The notes below the pieces were generated by a model. It ran no database searches. It saw only the letters and a program-made list of their open reading frames with translations, and had not been told where the DNA came from. A program made the position numbers and the translations under genes. Of a stretch of 59,222 nucleotides of DNA, positions 10,235 through 20,883 are shown in pieces; position 1 is the stretch's first letter; each line of letters starts with the position of its first letter. The stretch comes from Ionaspis alba (lineage: Eukaryota), in the NCBI GenBank assembly GCA_964255285.1, contig CAXUUL010000027.1, positions 1 through 59,222 of the forward strand, written 5' to 3'.

Positions 10235-13200
10235 CTATGCTGCCATCGCCGCCTCGCCATCAACCTCGTGATTCCGAGCCTCGCCTTCCTTCTCCTCGAC
10301 GCCATTAATTTTTCTGTCGCTATCCACATCCATGTCCGCTGTCCCTTCTTCTTCGCCCTTAACCTCAACCGCCCCCTCGTTCTCCTCAGCCTTCGTCTCT
10401 TCCTCCCCTTCGCCATGACCTACCTCCTCCTCCTCCTCCTCCCCCTCCTCCAGTGTACTCCTCATTCTTCTCGGCGTCTCCATCCCGTTGATTTCACTCA
10501 CCTCCTTTCCCTTACCCTTGCCTTTCCCCTTTCCTTTCCCTTTCCCCTTCCCCTTTCCCAACCCCTTACCACCACCACTCTTCCCCCCCATTCCTACCAG
10601 CTCTGGACTTCCCAGCCCAACAGCAACACTACCTTCCCCTCGCAAGGGTTTCCCGCCCCTCCTGATCGGCGTCTCCGCCGCTACAGGCGTATTATTCGCC
10701 GTCGTCGATCTTTTCGGCCCACCCCTCCAGCCACCACGCCGGCGCGACGCAGTACCTGGCACGGGCGGAAAGAGGGTGTAGCGCGTTGGCGGGATGGGCG
10801 ATGGTAGGGAAGGCGGTGGAGCTGGTGAGGGCGCGTGAGGTACGATGCCGTTCGTCTTGGGTACAGTGTCGGGGATTAAAGACGGAGGTCTGGCGGAGGG
10901 TGTGAGGGGTTGGGAAGAGCCGTTTGTGATCTCCATTAGGGCTACTGGGGATTCGGAGACGAGTGCCGGAGCGGGTAAGAGATCGGTGGATTTGCCGTCG
11001 TTGCTGGTGGCTGCGTCTTCGGACTTGGCCAGCTGCTGCTGCTGCTGCACGCCTTCTTCGGGGACTTCTTTTCCTTCTTCGTCCTCGTCGCCTTCGCCTT
11101 CGCGGGGCGCGATGGTTGGAAGTGGTGGGGCACGGTCGTAATGGGCGAGATTGCTGCGGCCCATCACGTATGGTGTCCAGACCAGTGCGTCGGGGTTCAG
11201 CTTCACGTAGCCTTTTGCTTCCCAGCTGTCGATGCACTGTTTGAAATAGGCGAAGTCGAGTCGCAGGGCGTACTGTTTCGTTACGGGGTCACGGACGAGT
11301 GCGCGCAGGGCTTCGAGCGCAGCGACGATGTCGTCGGCAGTCATGCCAGTGCGGGTCGAGATGTCTGTTATGCTTAGCGGCTCGGTTTGTGAGAGAAGGA
11401 GCGAGGAGAGGATGAGCCGCCAGTAGTTGCGGTAGGAGACGAGACCCATGTCCGAGAGGGGTTTTTCCGGCGAGCCGGTTTTGGCTTCGACGCGCGTGAG
11501 TAGGTAGGAAAAGTCGATGAGTAGGTGGCCGTAGCCTTTGCGTTGGTGGATGGGCAGTGTCAGGATGCAGGAGACATTGTTGAGGCTTGATGGCCGCTTT
11601 TCTTTCGAGAAGTAGCCGACGAAGTGGCACCCGAACTCGTCGTGCTCGGTCATGATGTAGAACAGGAAGGGCTCGACGTCGTAGTAGAGTGTTTTTGAGC
11701 CGAGGAAGAGTTTGGCAAGCAGGCAGAGATTCTGGCAGTACACGGGATTCTTACGCCCGTCTACTTCGAATACGGAGATCGATTTGTGTCGGTAGATTTC
11801 ATCGCCAGGTGGGTGTTTCGCAGGGCATTTGAGCTTGTGGCGCCATGCGACATAATCTGAATTCATGTACTTGAGGCAGAACTCGCAGATGTAGAGAACG
11901 CGATTGCGGCTGTACTCCTCGGGATAGGGTGCCGCGTACCAGGTTTCGATCTCGTAGCCGCCAAAGTTGATGCATTTTATCTTGCTGGGAGGGCCGGAAA
12001 CCTTTTGCGAGGCGCGGCCTTTGAGCTCGCTCTCGCTTTCGGCGGCGGCGGTCTTGAGTTTCCATTCTGCTTCAGCTTTTTGCCGAGCTTCTTCGAAGCG
12101 AGCTCGATCGGTGGCTAGGGGTAGTGTTTTGGAGGTGTCGGCTTCTGTCTCGGTGAGTATGCCACCGTAGGGTTTAGATTTTAGCTCGTCGTTTTCGCGC
12201 TCGTGGAAGGAGTAGAATGGGGTTGCGTAGTGCGATGCGTGGGAGGAAGCAAAGCGGGGACGTGGTGCTGTTGCGGGCATAGATGATGGAGGAGGTCGCC
12301 GTCTCTTTTTCTTTGGTTGGAGTTCTCTAAGTCGGGACGGATTGATACGAATCGCAATGAGAAGCGTAGAGGAGTCTCTTCGCACGATGCGCACATTACT
12401 CTTCGTCTCTCGTTTCGGCCGTTGCGGTCTCGTAGGTCTTGATGGTCTCGACCTGCTTGACAGCACAACTTTGTTGCCTGTGTCCTTCTTCGTTGCAGTT
12501 GCGATATCGCGTTTAGTAACATCTGGAATTTCGTCATCTTCAGCATCGTCTTCTGCCAACGATGGTGAAGATGGCGAATCGGACTCTGAATCGGCAGGCG
12601 ATGGCTTCTTCTGCCTTTTGCTGGACGCCTTGGACTGTTCTTCGACATCGATTGATGAGGCTTTTCGCTTCCGCAAAGATCGGGATCCGTCCAAAGGATC
12701 GTCCTGTAGAATGAGGGTATTGAATACAGAATGAGATCCTGGTTTTGATGCTCCACGTTGAGAAGGCAATAAATCTCGAGTGAATTTGGAAGCCGATAAT
12801 CGACGTCGTGAAACTGCTTCTTCCGTATTGTCAGGCTCAAGGGCATTATCAACGCATCCCGGGCATCGCCAACTAGACGCGTCGTTCTCGTGAACCAAAG
12901 ATTTGGCGAGTCGGGCACATTGCCGGTGGGCTGGGATTTCGGTTAGCATAAGAGATCCAGGAACACCCAAAGCAAACCCTTCATCTTCCAAAGTCAACAT
13001 GCCGAGAAAACTTACAATTATCTCCACAAACAGCACATGCCATATATTCCTCAAATTCTTCGCATGGATCATGTTCCTCATCCTGGCCACAGAATCTACA
13101 ATATTATCAGCATTTCTCATCTGCATCTGAAGCAAGACTGTTACTGACATGCAGTTATTTCGGTTGGCCACCTCAGCTTCGGCTTCTTCTGCGCCTTCGC

Positions 13201-13642
13201 TGCCACCCTCCCACTCTTCTGCTGCAACAGATTCTTCAGAACTTGAGCTCTTATCATCATCATCGTCGTCGTCGTCGTCGTCGTCATCCTCATTCTCATC
13301 ATCGTCGACGCTTGCTTCTTCGGCATCGGAAGCGTCTTCCACGATGGCTTCTTCCTCTTCGCTTTCGCCTGTATGACCATTCGGTAATTTTACCGCACCC
13401 ACAAAATCCTCCTCATCTTGGTCTTCATCTTCATCGCCTTCGACATCCTCATCCACTTGTTGTTCTTGCAAGTCTCCATCAGAGGTATCTCCCCCCTCGG
13501 TGATTGCCACTGCTGGAGTATGCGCCATGCTGTAGTCGATTTCGACATCGTCCTCTCCTTCAGCATCGAGGTCACTCCCTTCCACATCATACTCCGTACT
13601 CTCAACCCCGCTCTCCAGCTGATGTGGCACCACAGCCGCCAT
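10235..13642 (-). CDS. SAS3: MYST-family histone acetyltransferase, SAS3/MOZ type, with PHD finger
   Basis: MYST core: YEIETWYAAPYPEEY, C2HC zinc finger ICEFCLKYM..WRHKLKC, HPPGDEIY, SKTLYYDVEPFLFY, acetyl-CoA motif QRKGYG, GSPEKPLSDMG. Likely start MAAVVPHQ at 13642. Introns 13148-13096 and 13015-12931 restore a C4HC3 PHD finger. Confidence 0.92.
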   Translation of the reverse strand: MAAVVPHQLESGVESTEYDVEGSDLDAEGEDDVEIDYSMAHTPAVAITEGGDTSDGDLQEQQVDEDVEGDEDEDQDEEDFVGAVKLPNGHTGESEEEEAIVEDASDAEEASVDDDENEDDDDDDDDDDDDKSSSSEESVAAEEWEGGSEGAEEAEAEVANRNNCMSVTVLLQMQMRNADNIVDSVARMRNMIHAKNLRNIWHVLFVEIIVSFLGMLTLEDEGFALGVPGSLMLTEIPAHRQCARLAKSLVHENDASSWRCPGCVDNALEPDNTEEAVSRRRLSASKFTRDLLPSQRGASKPGSHSVFNTLILQDDPLDGSRSLRKRKASSIDVEEQSKASSKRQKKPSPADSESDSPSSPSLAEDDAEDDEIPDVTKRDIATATKKDTGNKVVLSSRSRPSRPTRPQRPKRETKSNVRIVRRDSSTLLIAIRINPSRLRELQPKKKRRRPPPSSMPATAPRPRFASSHASHYATPFYSFHERENDELKSKPYGGILTETEADTSKTLPLATDRARFEEARQKAEAEWKLKTAAAESESELKGRASQKVSGPPSKIKCINFGGYEIETWYAAPYPEEYSRNRVLYICEFCLKYMNSDYVAWRHKLKCPAKHPPGDEIYRHKSISVFEVDGRKNPVYCQNLCLLAKLFLGSKTLYYDVEPFLFYIMTEHDEFGCHFVGYFSKEKRPSSLNNVSCILTLPIHQRKGYGHLLIDFSYLLTRVEAKTGSPEKPLSDMGLVSYRNYWRLILSSLLLSQTEPLSITDISTRTGMTADDIVAALEALRALVRDPVTKQYALRLDFAYFKQCIDSWEAKGYVKLNPDALVWTPYVMGRSNLAHYDRAPPLPTIAPREGEGDEDEEGKEVPEEGVQQQQQLAKSEDAATSNDGKSTDLLPAPALVSESPVALMEITNGSSQPLTPSARPPSLIPDTVPKTNGIVPHAPSPAPPPSLPSPIPPTRYTLFPPVPGTASRRRGGWRGGPKRSTTANNTPVAAETPIRRGGKPLRGEGSVAVGLGSPELVGMGGKSGGGKGLGKGKGKGKGKGKGKGKGKEVSEINGMETPRRMRSTLEEGEEEEEEVGHGEGEEETKAEENEGAVEVKGEEEGTADMDVDSDRKINGVEEKEGEARNHEVDGEAAMAA

Positions 13643-14257
13643 GGTGTAGGATGTTGTCGTCGCCAGCTTGATTGATGGTGCTGGTTCCTTCAAGCAAAGC
13701 CAGTCGCCGAGATGAAGGCTGTTTCGAGAAGTGGCTAATGAGGCTGGCTGGTAACGACAGACGTTCTCCCTACCAGGGAGTGAATGCGGTTATTCGTACG
13801 CAGTATCGAATCACTGTTCTTCTATACATTCCACTAGCGTCAGAGTAGTTTGAAGTCGCGCAAACGACTACGGAGGTATTTTCTGAATCACTGAAGGTCT
13901 GGTCAGCTCTGTCGCGCCTTAGCGTTGTCGCGCGTACAATGAAGGCGCAAGAGGCACCACTATGGAGGAAAAGGATATATTCACGATTCAACTCACTCGA
14001 ACAGCTGATGCGACGCGTCAAATGCCCCTAGGATAGCTCCAGAAGTCGTAGTAGCGCATTGCCAGCCATCTCAATTCATCTCCTTGAATTATGGGGATGT
14101 AGTCGTCTGGCTCGCTTAGTGTAAGGCTGAACAACCTCACTACATGTGCTGGGACGATAAAGCCGCAATCCTATCGTTGACAGAGATCTTTGTGGGTCTT
14201 CGGTCTTGTCCTAGTCTCCTACAACGTGCTCAGCTGGTGTATGATACTTCTCTAACC

Positions 14258-14727
14258 ATGGGGGTCCCGTTCGAGGCACTGATCCCCTATGCGATTATTC
14301 TTGGGGTATGAATTCTGCACTCATCCATAGGGCCTTCGTCAGATCTAATCCTGTGCCATAGATGTTCGGCTTTACCGGAGCTGGACTCTCGAAGCTACGA
14401 CACATGCAGAACGGTGGAAAGCGGGCGAGACATTCGTTGGATCAATGGGACAGGGTATGAGCCTCCGCCTTCGAATTCTACGAACATCGCACTAATTTAT
14501 GTATAGCAAAGTAAGGGCGGTCAACGATTTCAAAACTATCGGCCAGTGCTGATGAGACCCTAGTGATGGATCGAGACCGAAGGTTGACGGGATATCTACG
14601 TGGACAAACAGACAAGGTTGAAGCTCCGGTGGGATTCGAATTGAACAACCCGTGGAAGGTAAGCAGAATGGTTCTTCGAAATGAAGCTCTAGCTGACCAG
14701 CACCAGATGGAGAGCCGTTTCTATTAG
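14258..14727 (+). CDS. NDUFA1: NADH:ubiquinone oxidoreductase accessory subunit MWFE/NDUFA1 (fungal ~9.8 kDa subunit)
   Basis: Five exons: 14258-14305, 14362-14454, 14507-14510, 14564-14658, 14707-14727. Product MGVPFEALIPYAIILGMFGFTGAGLSKLRHMQNGGKRARHSLDQWDRQMMDRDRRLTGYLRGQTDKVEAPVGFELNNPWKMESRFY, with the family motif WD..MM.RD.RLTG. Not present in the ORF track. Confidence 0.93.
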
Positions 14728-14799
14728 ATACTGGAGCTCGAGAAAGTTATTCAAATCCAGCATGCTACATCGCGAAATATTGAGATAATCTGGACATGT

Positions 14800-15791
14800 C
14801 TATTTCAACTGAGACACCATGCCATGGATCCCCCGCTTCTCCGTTTCATCAAGCTCAATATCGAAGTATGTTTTCAACGCCTCGACTCTGTCTGCTTCCG
14901 TCATGTCCGTCTTCAGGATTTCCACCTTGCTTCCCTGCTTCTTCTTAAGATCACTACCAATTAGGATGATTTGTCCATATATGCCTCTTTGATCTTGCAG
15001 CATTTTCATCGCCAGGGCCATTTGCGTGAAGAAGCTCTTCGAAGATTGACTCTTGAAAAAATTCATTACTTCAAAATCCGCCCGAAGGAATTCTAGCTCC
15101 GTGAAGCTATATATGTCCTTCCATTCGTCCTCGGATGTTGGCCGAATCTGGTAGAACCAGAGCTGCTGTCTTGAGTCGATATTGCCTTCCATGCTTTTGC
15201 GCATTAGGCGCATTTCTTGGGGTGGGATACTCGGCAGGACTTGGTTCGCGACTAGAGGCATGAACTGTATGGGATTCTCGCCTCCAAAACCAACATCAAT
15301 CATGTACTTGGCGCCGTTGGCAAAAGTGACAAAATTTACCATGTGAGACCTATACAAGTTCATTAGTTGACGAATTGGAGCAGTCGATCAAGTCCACTAT
15401 ACCATCCTAGATATCCGGTTCCAGCCTGCCCAACTGCATCTCCATTGACCCTAGCGCCTCCATTGTAGATATCGAAACCTAGACTCCGAAGGACAATCCC
15501 GAAGAAGCAGTTCACTTCCATGCAGTAGCCGCCCCGTCCCATAACGACGATCTTTTCGTAAAGAACATCTGGATCTAAAGAGACAGTATGATGTGACGAA
15601 TAGTGCAGGCAGAGGTTTTCGAAAGGAACGGTAGGCAAGTGATGTCTCTGTAGCTTTATTAGGTAAGCCTGGGTCTCTCCAGTCTCTTGGGTCGGCAAAG
15701 CTGGCTTAAGCTCAGTGTCGAGGCCTATGTGTTTTAGGTATCGATTGATTTGCTCCTTGCTGTATGCTGGATGCTCTGAAGGGCTTGCCAT
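14800..15791 (-). CDS. Arylamine N-acetyltransferase
   Basis: Two exons (intron 15402-15350). Motifs VPFENL, GRGGYCMEVN (catalytic Cys), WSHMVN (His) and IDVGFGG (Asp) form the NAT catalytic triad. Confidence 0.92.
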
Positions 15792-16265
15792 ATTGAACTA
15801 TCTAGTAGCGAGGGTATAAAAGCCCCAGTGATCTCCAGGATAAGCATCGAGCAGGCGTTTAGATCTGAGTGAAAGAAGTTGCTGAGAACCGGCTGCAGAC
15901 ACGCGTATGGTGGAGCTTGACGCCACAACGCTGAGACTCGTACCTACAAGTCAGGCATGGCACCTTCATCCCGATGTGTCATGAACCGGCTGTCACATTT
16001 TGAGCATCCGGCTTCTTCACTAATCTCAATTATTAAAAGGATATTTGTCTCCTTTGCCTGGAGATCGACTCGTGGGCTATCATTGTATTTTTCGAGGTGG
16101 GGGGTATTGCTAATAGCTGGCGACAAATATGGCCCCCAGGCCAGCTCGCTAATTTCGCCTCTTATGCCCTGGCCTCTGGACGTCATTCCTCCCCAACTAT
16201 TGTGGCAACGATTAATCTCGTAGTTCGTTTCATTCCCTCGGAGTTTCAACGATGAATGAAAGAGA

Positions 16266-16342
16266 CAGATGAGTCAAATAGTATCCGGTTTCAAGTGGTT
16301 GCAGGCTCGAAGATTGTTCCAAGACGCATTGCAGATGAGTCA
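16266..16342. promoter_or_regulatory. Two Gcn4/CpcA (AP-1-type) TGAGTCA sites in the divergent NAT / F-box promoter
   Basis: The identical 11-mer CAGATGAGTCA occurs at 16266-16276 and 16332-16342, with a TATATAA at about 16424. Confidence 0.5.
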
Positions 16343-16474
16343 GTGAGCTTCGCTTAGCGTAAGAGGATGATAAGATGTCTCGAAGGTTCGTAATTGAGCA
16401 TGCTTTGTTGCCCTAGTCCAGCATATATAAACTCGCGCCTTTCCTTCTTTTTCCTGCTGCATCATCTTATTAAA

Positions 16475-18325
16475 ATGCCTTCTACGCTCGCAGAGCTACC
16501 GTCAGAGTTGCTCACACAAATTGTCGCACATTTCGATGTGGCAAAAACACTTACACATCTATCGCGGACCTGTAAACGTTTGCATGAATATGTCAAGAAG
16601 GATGGATTTCGAGTTTTTGTCCAACGTCGTTTTCCATCGATCCGAACTCCTCCACATTGGGAGGATGCAGCGCGTACGCTCACTACGTTGTCTCGTGCCT
16701 GGGATAGAAAGGCTTTCATTGCAATGCGTCTCGAGCCTGAAAAAGATATGACGCGTCTGGCGCCCATCCGTCCAGTACCACGATCTCATCAACCTAGACA
16801 GAGAGGGCAGACTATGGGTTTTCAAGCAATTGTGGACTGCTATGAAGACATGACTACTTTTTCATGGAATTCGAGAAAGGAAGTACTCACCTGGGGTGCA
16901 GGGGCACAGCTGATCATGAGAGTGAGAAATATGGGAGCAGATGTGAAGCATTCTTGGCAGAATGATGGCGACGAGGACAGGCTCGGAAAGAATGATCAAC
17001 ATTATCATAGAAATAGTTGGATGTCCTACCAGGAAGACCGACACCGAGATGGAAGTGACGACATCACCTCAGTCAATCTTTTGAAACCTGGTCAAGTGTC
17101 CGCAGATAATGTGGAGCGGGTGATTCTGGGAAGAGCTAGTGGAGGGCTGGAATACGTGGACTTCTCATTTCCAACTGGGGCGAGCCGAGTGAGGACAAAA
17201 TTCGAGACCAACGGACGCCCAGTAAGGTCAGCGGATGTCAGCAAGACCACGGAGCCACTACTCGCAGCCTGTCTTTCAGACAGTGCAGTCGCCATCTACC
17301 CAACGCATACCCAATCCGACGCAACACAACCCGTGGGAGAAGTTTCAGTCGTCCCTACAGAAAAGTCGGGCAGGTCTTGGACCACCCGTTTTCTTCGCTC
17401 CGATCTTCTAGCTACTGGACTTGGCCCTTCACATTCTCCAATCCAGGTTCACACCCTGTCTCCCTCTGGCATTATTGAATCACCCCTTCGCGTCTTGGAC
17501 AGCGGCAAACTGGACACGGAAATATCTACCAGAGCTCCCCTTTCCTCCGTCTACGCTATCGCTCCCCTAGCACCCTCTTTTCTCGCTGGCGGCTCCGAAG
17601 GCGATCTCTTTCTCAGTGGCTACTACGAAGGCACTATTCAGCTCCACGATCTTCGCTCTCCGGAACCTTACACTGCACAGTATTACGACTGTATAGATCC
17701 ATGTTCTGCCATCTACTCACTGCTCCCTCTCGGTCGTGAGCGCTTCGTCGCGGGTACAGCCAGGCACACGGTCATGAAAGTATTCGACCTGCGCATGCCA
17801 GGCGGAAAGGTCTATTATGCAGCAGATGCTGAGGCCTGCTCCCCGATCTCTTACCGCCAAACTCCGGCTCGGGCCCCCAAGGTAATGTGCTGCAACTACC
17901 ACAACGAGATGAAATACGACCGCAAAGACTACAACATCTTCCTGGACCCACATGGTCGGACAGCGCAACGCAACGGCTACCGCCGTCAGGCTGAGTCTCC
18001 AATCTACTCTCTTGCTGCATCCTCGGCCTATTCATCTAGTATCTACGCCGGCCTTGAGAACAACGTTGTGCAGATCGATATCATGTCCATGATGGACAAA
18101 CATCCTGATCCTATCTTCAAGCACAGAGTCAAGATTGGATCGTCCAATCGGGACGGATCGGTTTCTAGGTACGATCCTCCGGGTTCGGTACTTAACTTAT
18201 CGCTCCTCGAACAGGACAGGCATGGAAGCATGAAGCTTAAGTCGCAAACCGGGCTCGGGGTACGTCATTCGCATGGAATGCCTGGATGGGATGAGAGGTG
18301 GTTGACGCATAGCGGGAAGATGTAA
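16475..18325 (+). CDS. F-box protein with probable WD40-like beta-propeller
   Basis: Single-exon ORF. N-terminal LAELPSELLTQIVAHF...LSRTCKRLH is an F-box; later GTIQLHDLRS and VMKVFDLRM resemble WD repeat ends. ATG at 16475 in AAAATG context. Confidence 0.8.
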   Translation: MPSTLAELPSELLTQIVAHFDVAKTLTHLSRTCKRLHEYVKKDGFRVFVQRRFPSIRTPPHWEDAARTLTTLSRAWDRKAFIAMRLEPEKDMTRLAPIRPVPRSHQPRQRGQTMGFQAIVDCYEDMTTFSWNSRKEVLTWGAGAQLIMRVRNMGADVKHSWQNDGDEDRLGKNDQHYHRNSWMSYQEDRHRDGSDDITSVNLLKPGQVSADNVERVILGRASGGLEYVDFSFPTGASRVRTKFETNGRPVRSADVSKTTEPLLAACLSDSAVAIYPTHTQSDATQPVGEVSVVPTEKSGRSWTTRFLRSDLLATGLGPSHSPIQVHTLSPSGIIESPLRVLDSGKLDTEISTRAPLSSVYAIAPLAPSFLAGGSEGDLFLSGYYEGTIQLHDLRSPEPYTAQYYDCIDPCSAIYSLLPLGRERFVAGTARHTVMKVFDLRMPGGKVYYAADAEACSPISYRQTPARAPKVMCCNYHNEMKYDRKDYNIFLDPHGRTAQRNGYRRQAESPIYSLAASSAYSSSIYAGLENNVVQIDIMSMMDKHPDPIFKHRVKIGSSNRDGSVSRYDPPGSVLNLSLLEQDRHGSMKLKSQTGLGVRHSHGMPGWDERWLTHSGKM

Positions 18326-18777
18326 TGTTGGTGATGCGGAGTTCTATAAGCGTAGTCACAAGAAATCGGAACATAGAAATACCGGGAATATAGAGTTGGT
18401 AAATGAGCATCGGAGTAAAAGTCGTGGTTATACGCTTGGCAATGGCAGCCAGCCACAGATGTACAGTGGTCAATAGTGACAGATAGAATAATACTAGACG
18501 GTGAAATCCTTGGGTAGATACATCAATATTTGATCGTAGAAGTGTCTATCTTTTCCTCGCCGTCGAAGGAGGTGAGAGCGCTCCCACTACCAGTAAGGTG
18601 CTTGCTGCGCTAATACTGCAGTCTTCCATGCCTGAAGTCTCGATACGAAACCTTTAAGTCTTAATCCAGGCTCAGCAGGATCCAGTGGCTCTTTCTAACT
18701 CTTCTTTTCTACACCCATCTCTGAATCTATCCTCAAATTGGTGTGTCTCTACATGTCCAGCTACCCCTTCCAGCATC

Positions 18778-20569
18778 TCAATCCTCAAACTTCACCCCTT
18801 TCCCGCCCGACACATCAATCATGCCACCGCGACTATCCTAGCATCAGCAATCTGCCACTAGAGCACTATATCTGAACACTTAAGACTCACTAAGCACCCC
18901 GCTTCTTCTTATTCTTCTCCTTCGTAAAACCCTTCCCTTTCGTAACAATCAAATCATGATGTGCTTTCTCCGCATAATCGTTTGGCACGTAAGCATTCGA
19001 TGCCAATTTCGGATCCACCTTCGTATCTGGTGGTATGCGTGAGAAAGGCGTATTTTGCTTCTTCGGAGGTTTGGCAACAGGTGTGTTAGGCGCAATCGCG
19101 GCTTGTGGAGAAGCAGAGCGCTTGCGCTTTGTTGCGGTGGTGGATGGTCCTGCCGGAGAAGAATCACTATCTGAAGAAGTGGAAGTGGTGGATGAGGAGG
19201 AGCTAGACGCGGCTTTGGTAGCGATAGATTTTTTCGGTGAGTTGGGGTTCAAGGTCGTGCTAGAGTCTGTGGATTCTTTGCGTCCGTTCGCAAGCGGCTG
19301 GGACACCAGTACGGATGGTTTTGGAGCATTTAACGATTGCTTCGTGGTTTTTGGTGCGACTGGTTCTGAGGGCACGGAGTCGCTGCTTGATGAGCTGTCA
19401 TTTGATGAAGATTCAGATGACGAATCCGAGGGTTTAGTGGCTTTGGCAGCAGCATTTTTCGAAGCTTCTTTCTCTTGTTTTCCTTCAACTTTGAGGGCCT
19501 TCGCTTCAGCCTTCAAGGACTTGGACTTGGACTCTGCCTTGAGATGTTTTGCTTCTGCTTCGGCGGGGGGTTCGATCACATCTTGTGTTGTGACCGCTTT
19601 TTTTGGAGCTTCTGCTTTGCCTTTGGCTCCGTCAGATTTCGTGATTTTCTTCTGAGACTTCTTGGTGGTCTCGGACTTCTTCTGCTTCTTTTTAGCTGGT
19701 CGGTTAGAGGAAGACGAGTCTGAATCAAAGTCCGAATCGGAGGTTGATTCTGAGGAAAATGACGCCCCGGGAGCCGCCTTGCGCTTCAACTTGTTCACAA
19801 GGCCCGCCACTGTAGGTTTTACTGTAGAAGCCTTTCCAGCTACATCCTTCTCATCGTCTGCGTCGCTGTCGGAAGTAGAAGTAGACGATGACCCGGAGGT
19901 AGATCCAGCAGCACCAGCTTTCTTTGCGGACTTCAATTTCGCGCCGGTCTTTGATTTTGAAGAATGATCCTTTTCCTCGCTACTGGTTTCCTCACTTCCG
20001 CTACTGCTTGTGTCTTCCGCAGCATTGGCAGTTCGTTCTTCAAGCTTTTGTGCCTTTCTGGTAGCCTTGGCAACCTTCGTCTTCTCATCACCGTTCTCGC
20101 CCTCACTGCTCGACTCAGCGTAGTAGTCCTTGGACCAATCCTTATAGATCTTCACCAAGTCCGGCGTCCCCTTCTTTATCTTTGCCCCAATCTCATCATT
20201 CCAACCATCCAACTTCTTCCTAGCGTTACGCTCTAAGGTGTAGATACGTCCAGTACTATTGAAGCCATAGGAAGCTAAGAATGCGCCTATGAGGGTGAGC
20301 AATTGAGTAGGAGGTGCCGTCTTCATGGGTGCTGAGACAGCTTTGTGCTTGAGAAATTTGATGGCTCCCATGCGGTCTTCATACTCCTTCTTTTTCTGCT
20401 CCTCAGTCTTCGGTTTGGGATTTAGGACGGGATTCTGATCGTCTGGCGGAAAGAGCCAGGCTGGCTGAGGTCGGTCGGGAGCATTTTTCTTCTTCTTCTT
20501 CTGCTGCTGACCATGTTTTGGAGCCGGTGCAGCTGTGACCTGTGGTTTCTTGACCTCCTCATTAGCCAT
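18778..20569 (-). CDS. SRP40: Nucleolar phosphoprotein Srp40/Nopp140 family
   Basis: Alternating Ser/acidic and Lys/Ala tracts. C-terminal PFSRI...[46 protein letters not shown] after removing intron 18890-18833. The start is uncertain (MANEEVKK at 20569 assumed). Confidence 0.88.
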
Positions 20570-20883
20570 AGTGAGCATGTGAATTGTTCCCACGAGTCGC
20601 TGTTCGGAGATCCGTGAAGTTCCAAAAAAATTATTCGTGGTTGGGGCTAAGCGAGGTTTAGCGTCAAAGGGCCGGCGTTTCTGCTGGCCCTAGGATCGGC
20701 GAAGCATGTCCGTTTCGTAGCACAGGGATCGCAATGAAGACACCTCCCCTTGCAAGACCAGAATGGCAGCAATCGTGCCTGGCTTGATTTTGCGCTCAAA
20801 CCGCATAACCTTGTCACCCTACATTTCGTTCACGAAGCGCAAATGAGTCAAGGTGAATTGAGTTTCGGTGGTCCAGGCCAAGC

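Noticed and set aside
13643..13693. N-terminal extension MKEPAPSIKL of the 1152-aa ORF
   Set aside because: It starts at TTG; the first in-frame ATG at 13642 is the more plausible eukaryotic start.
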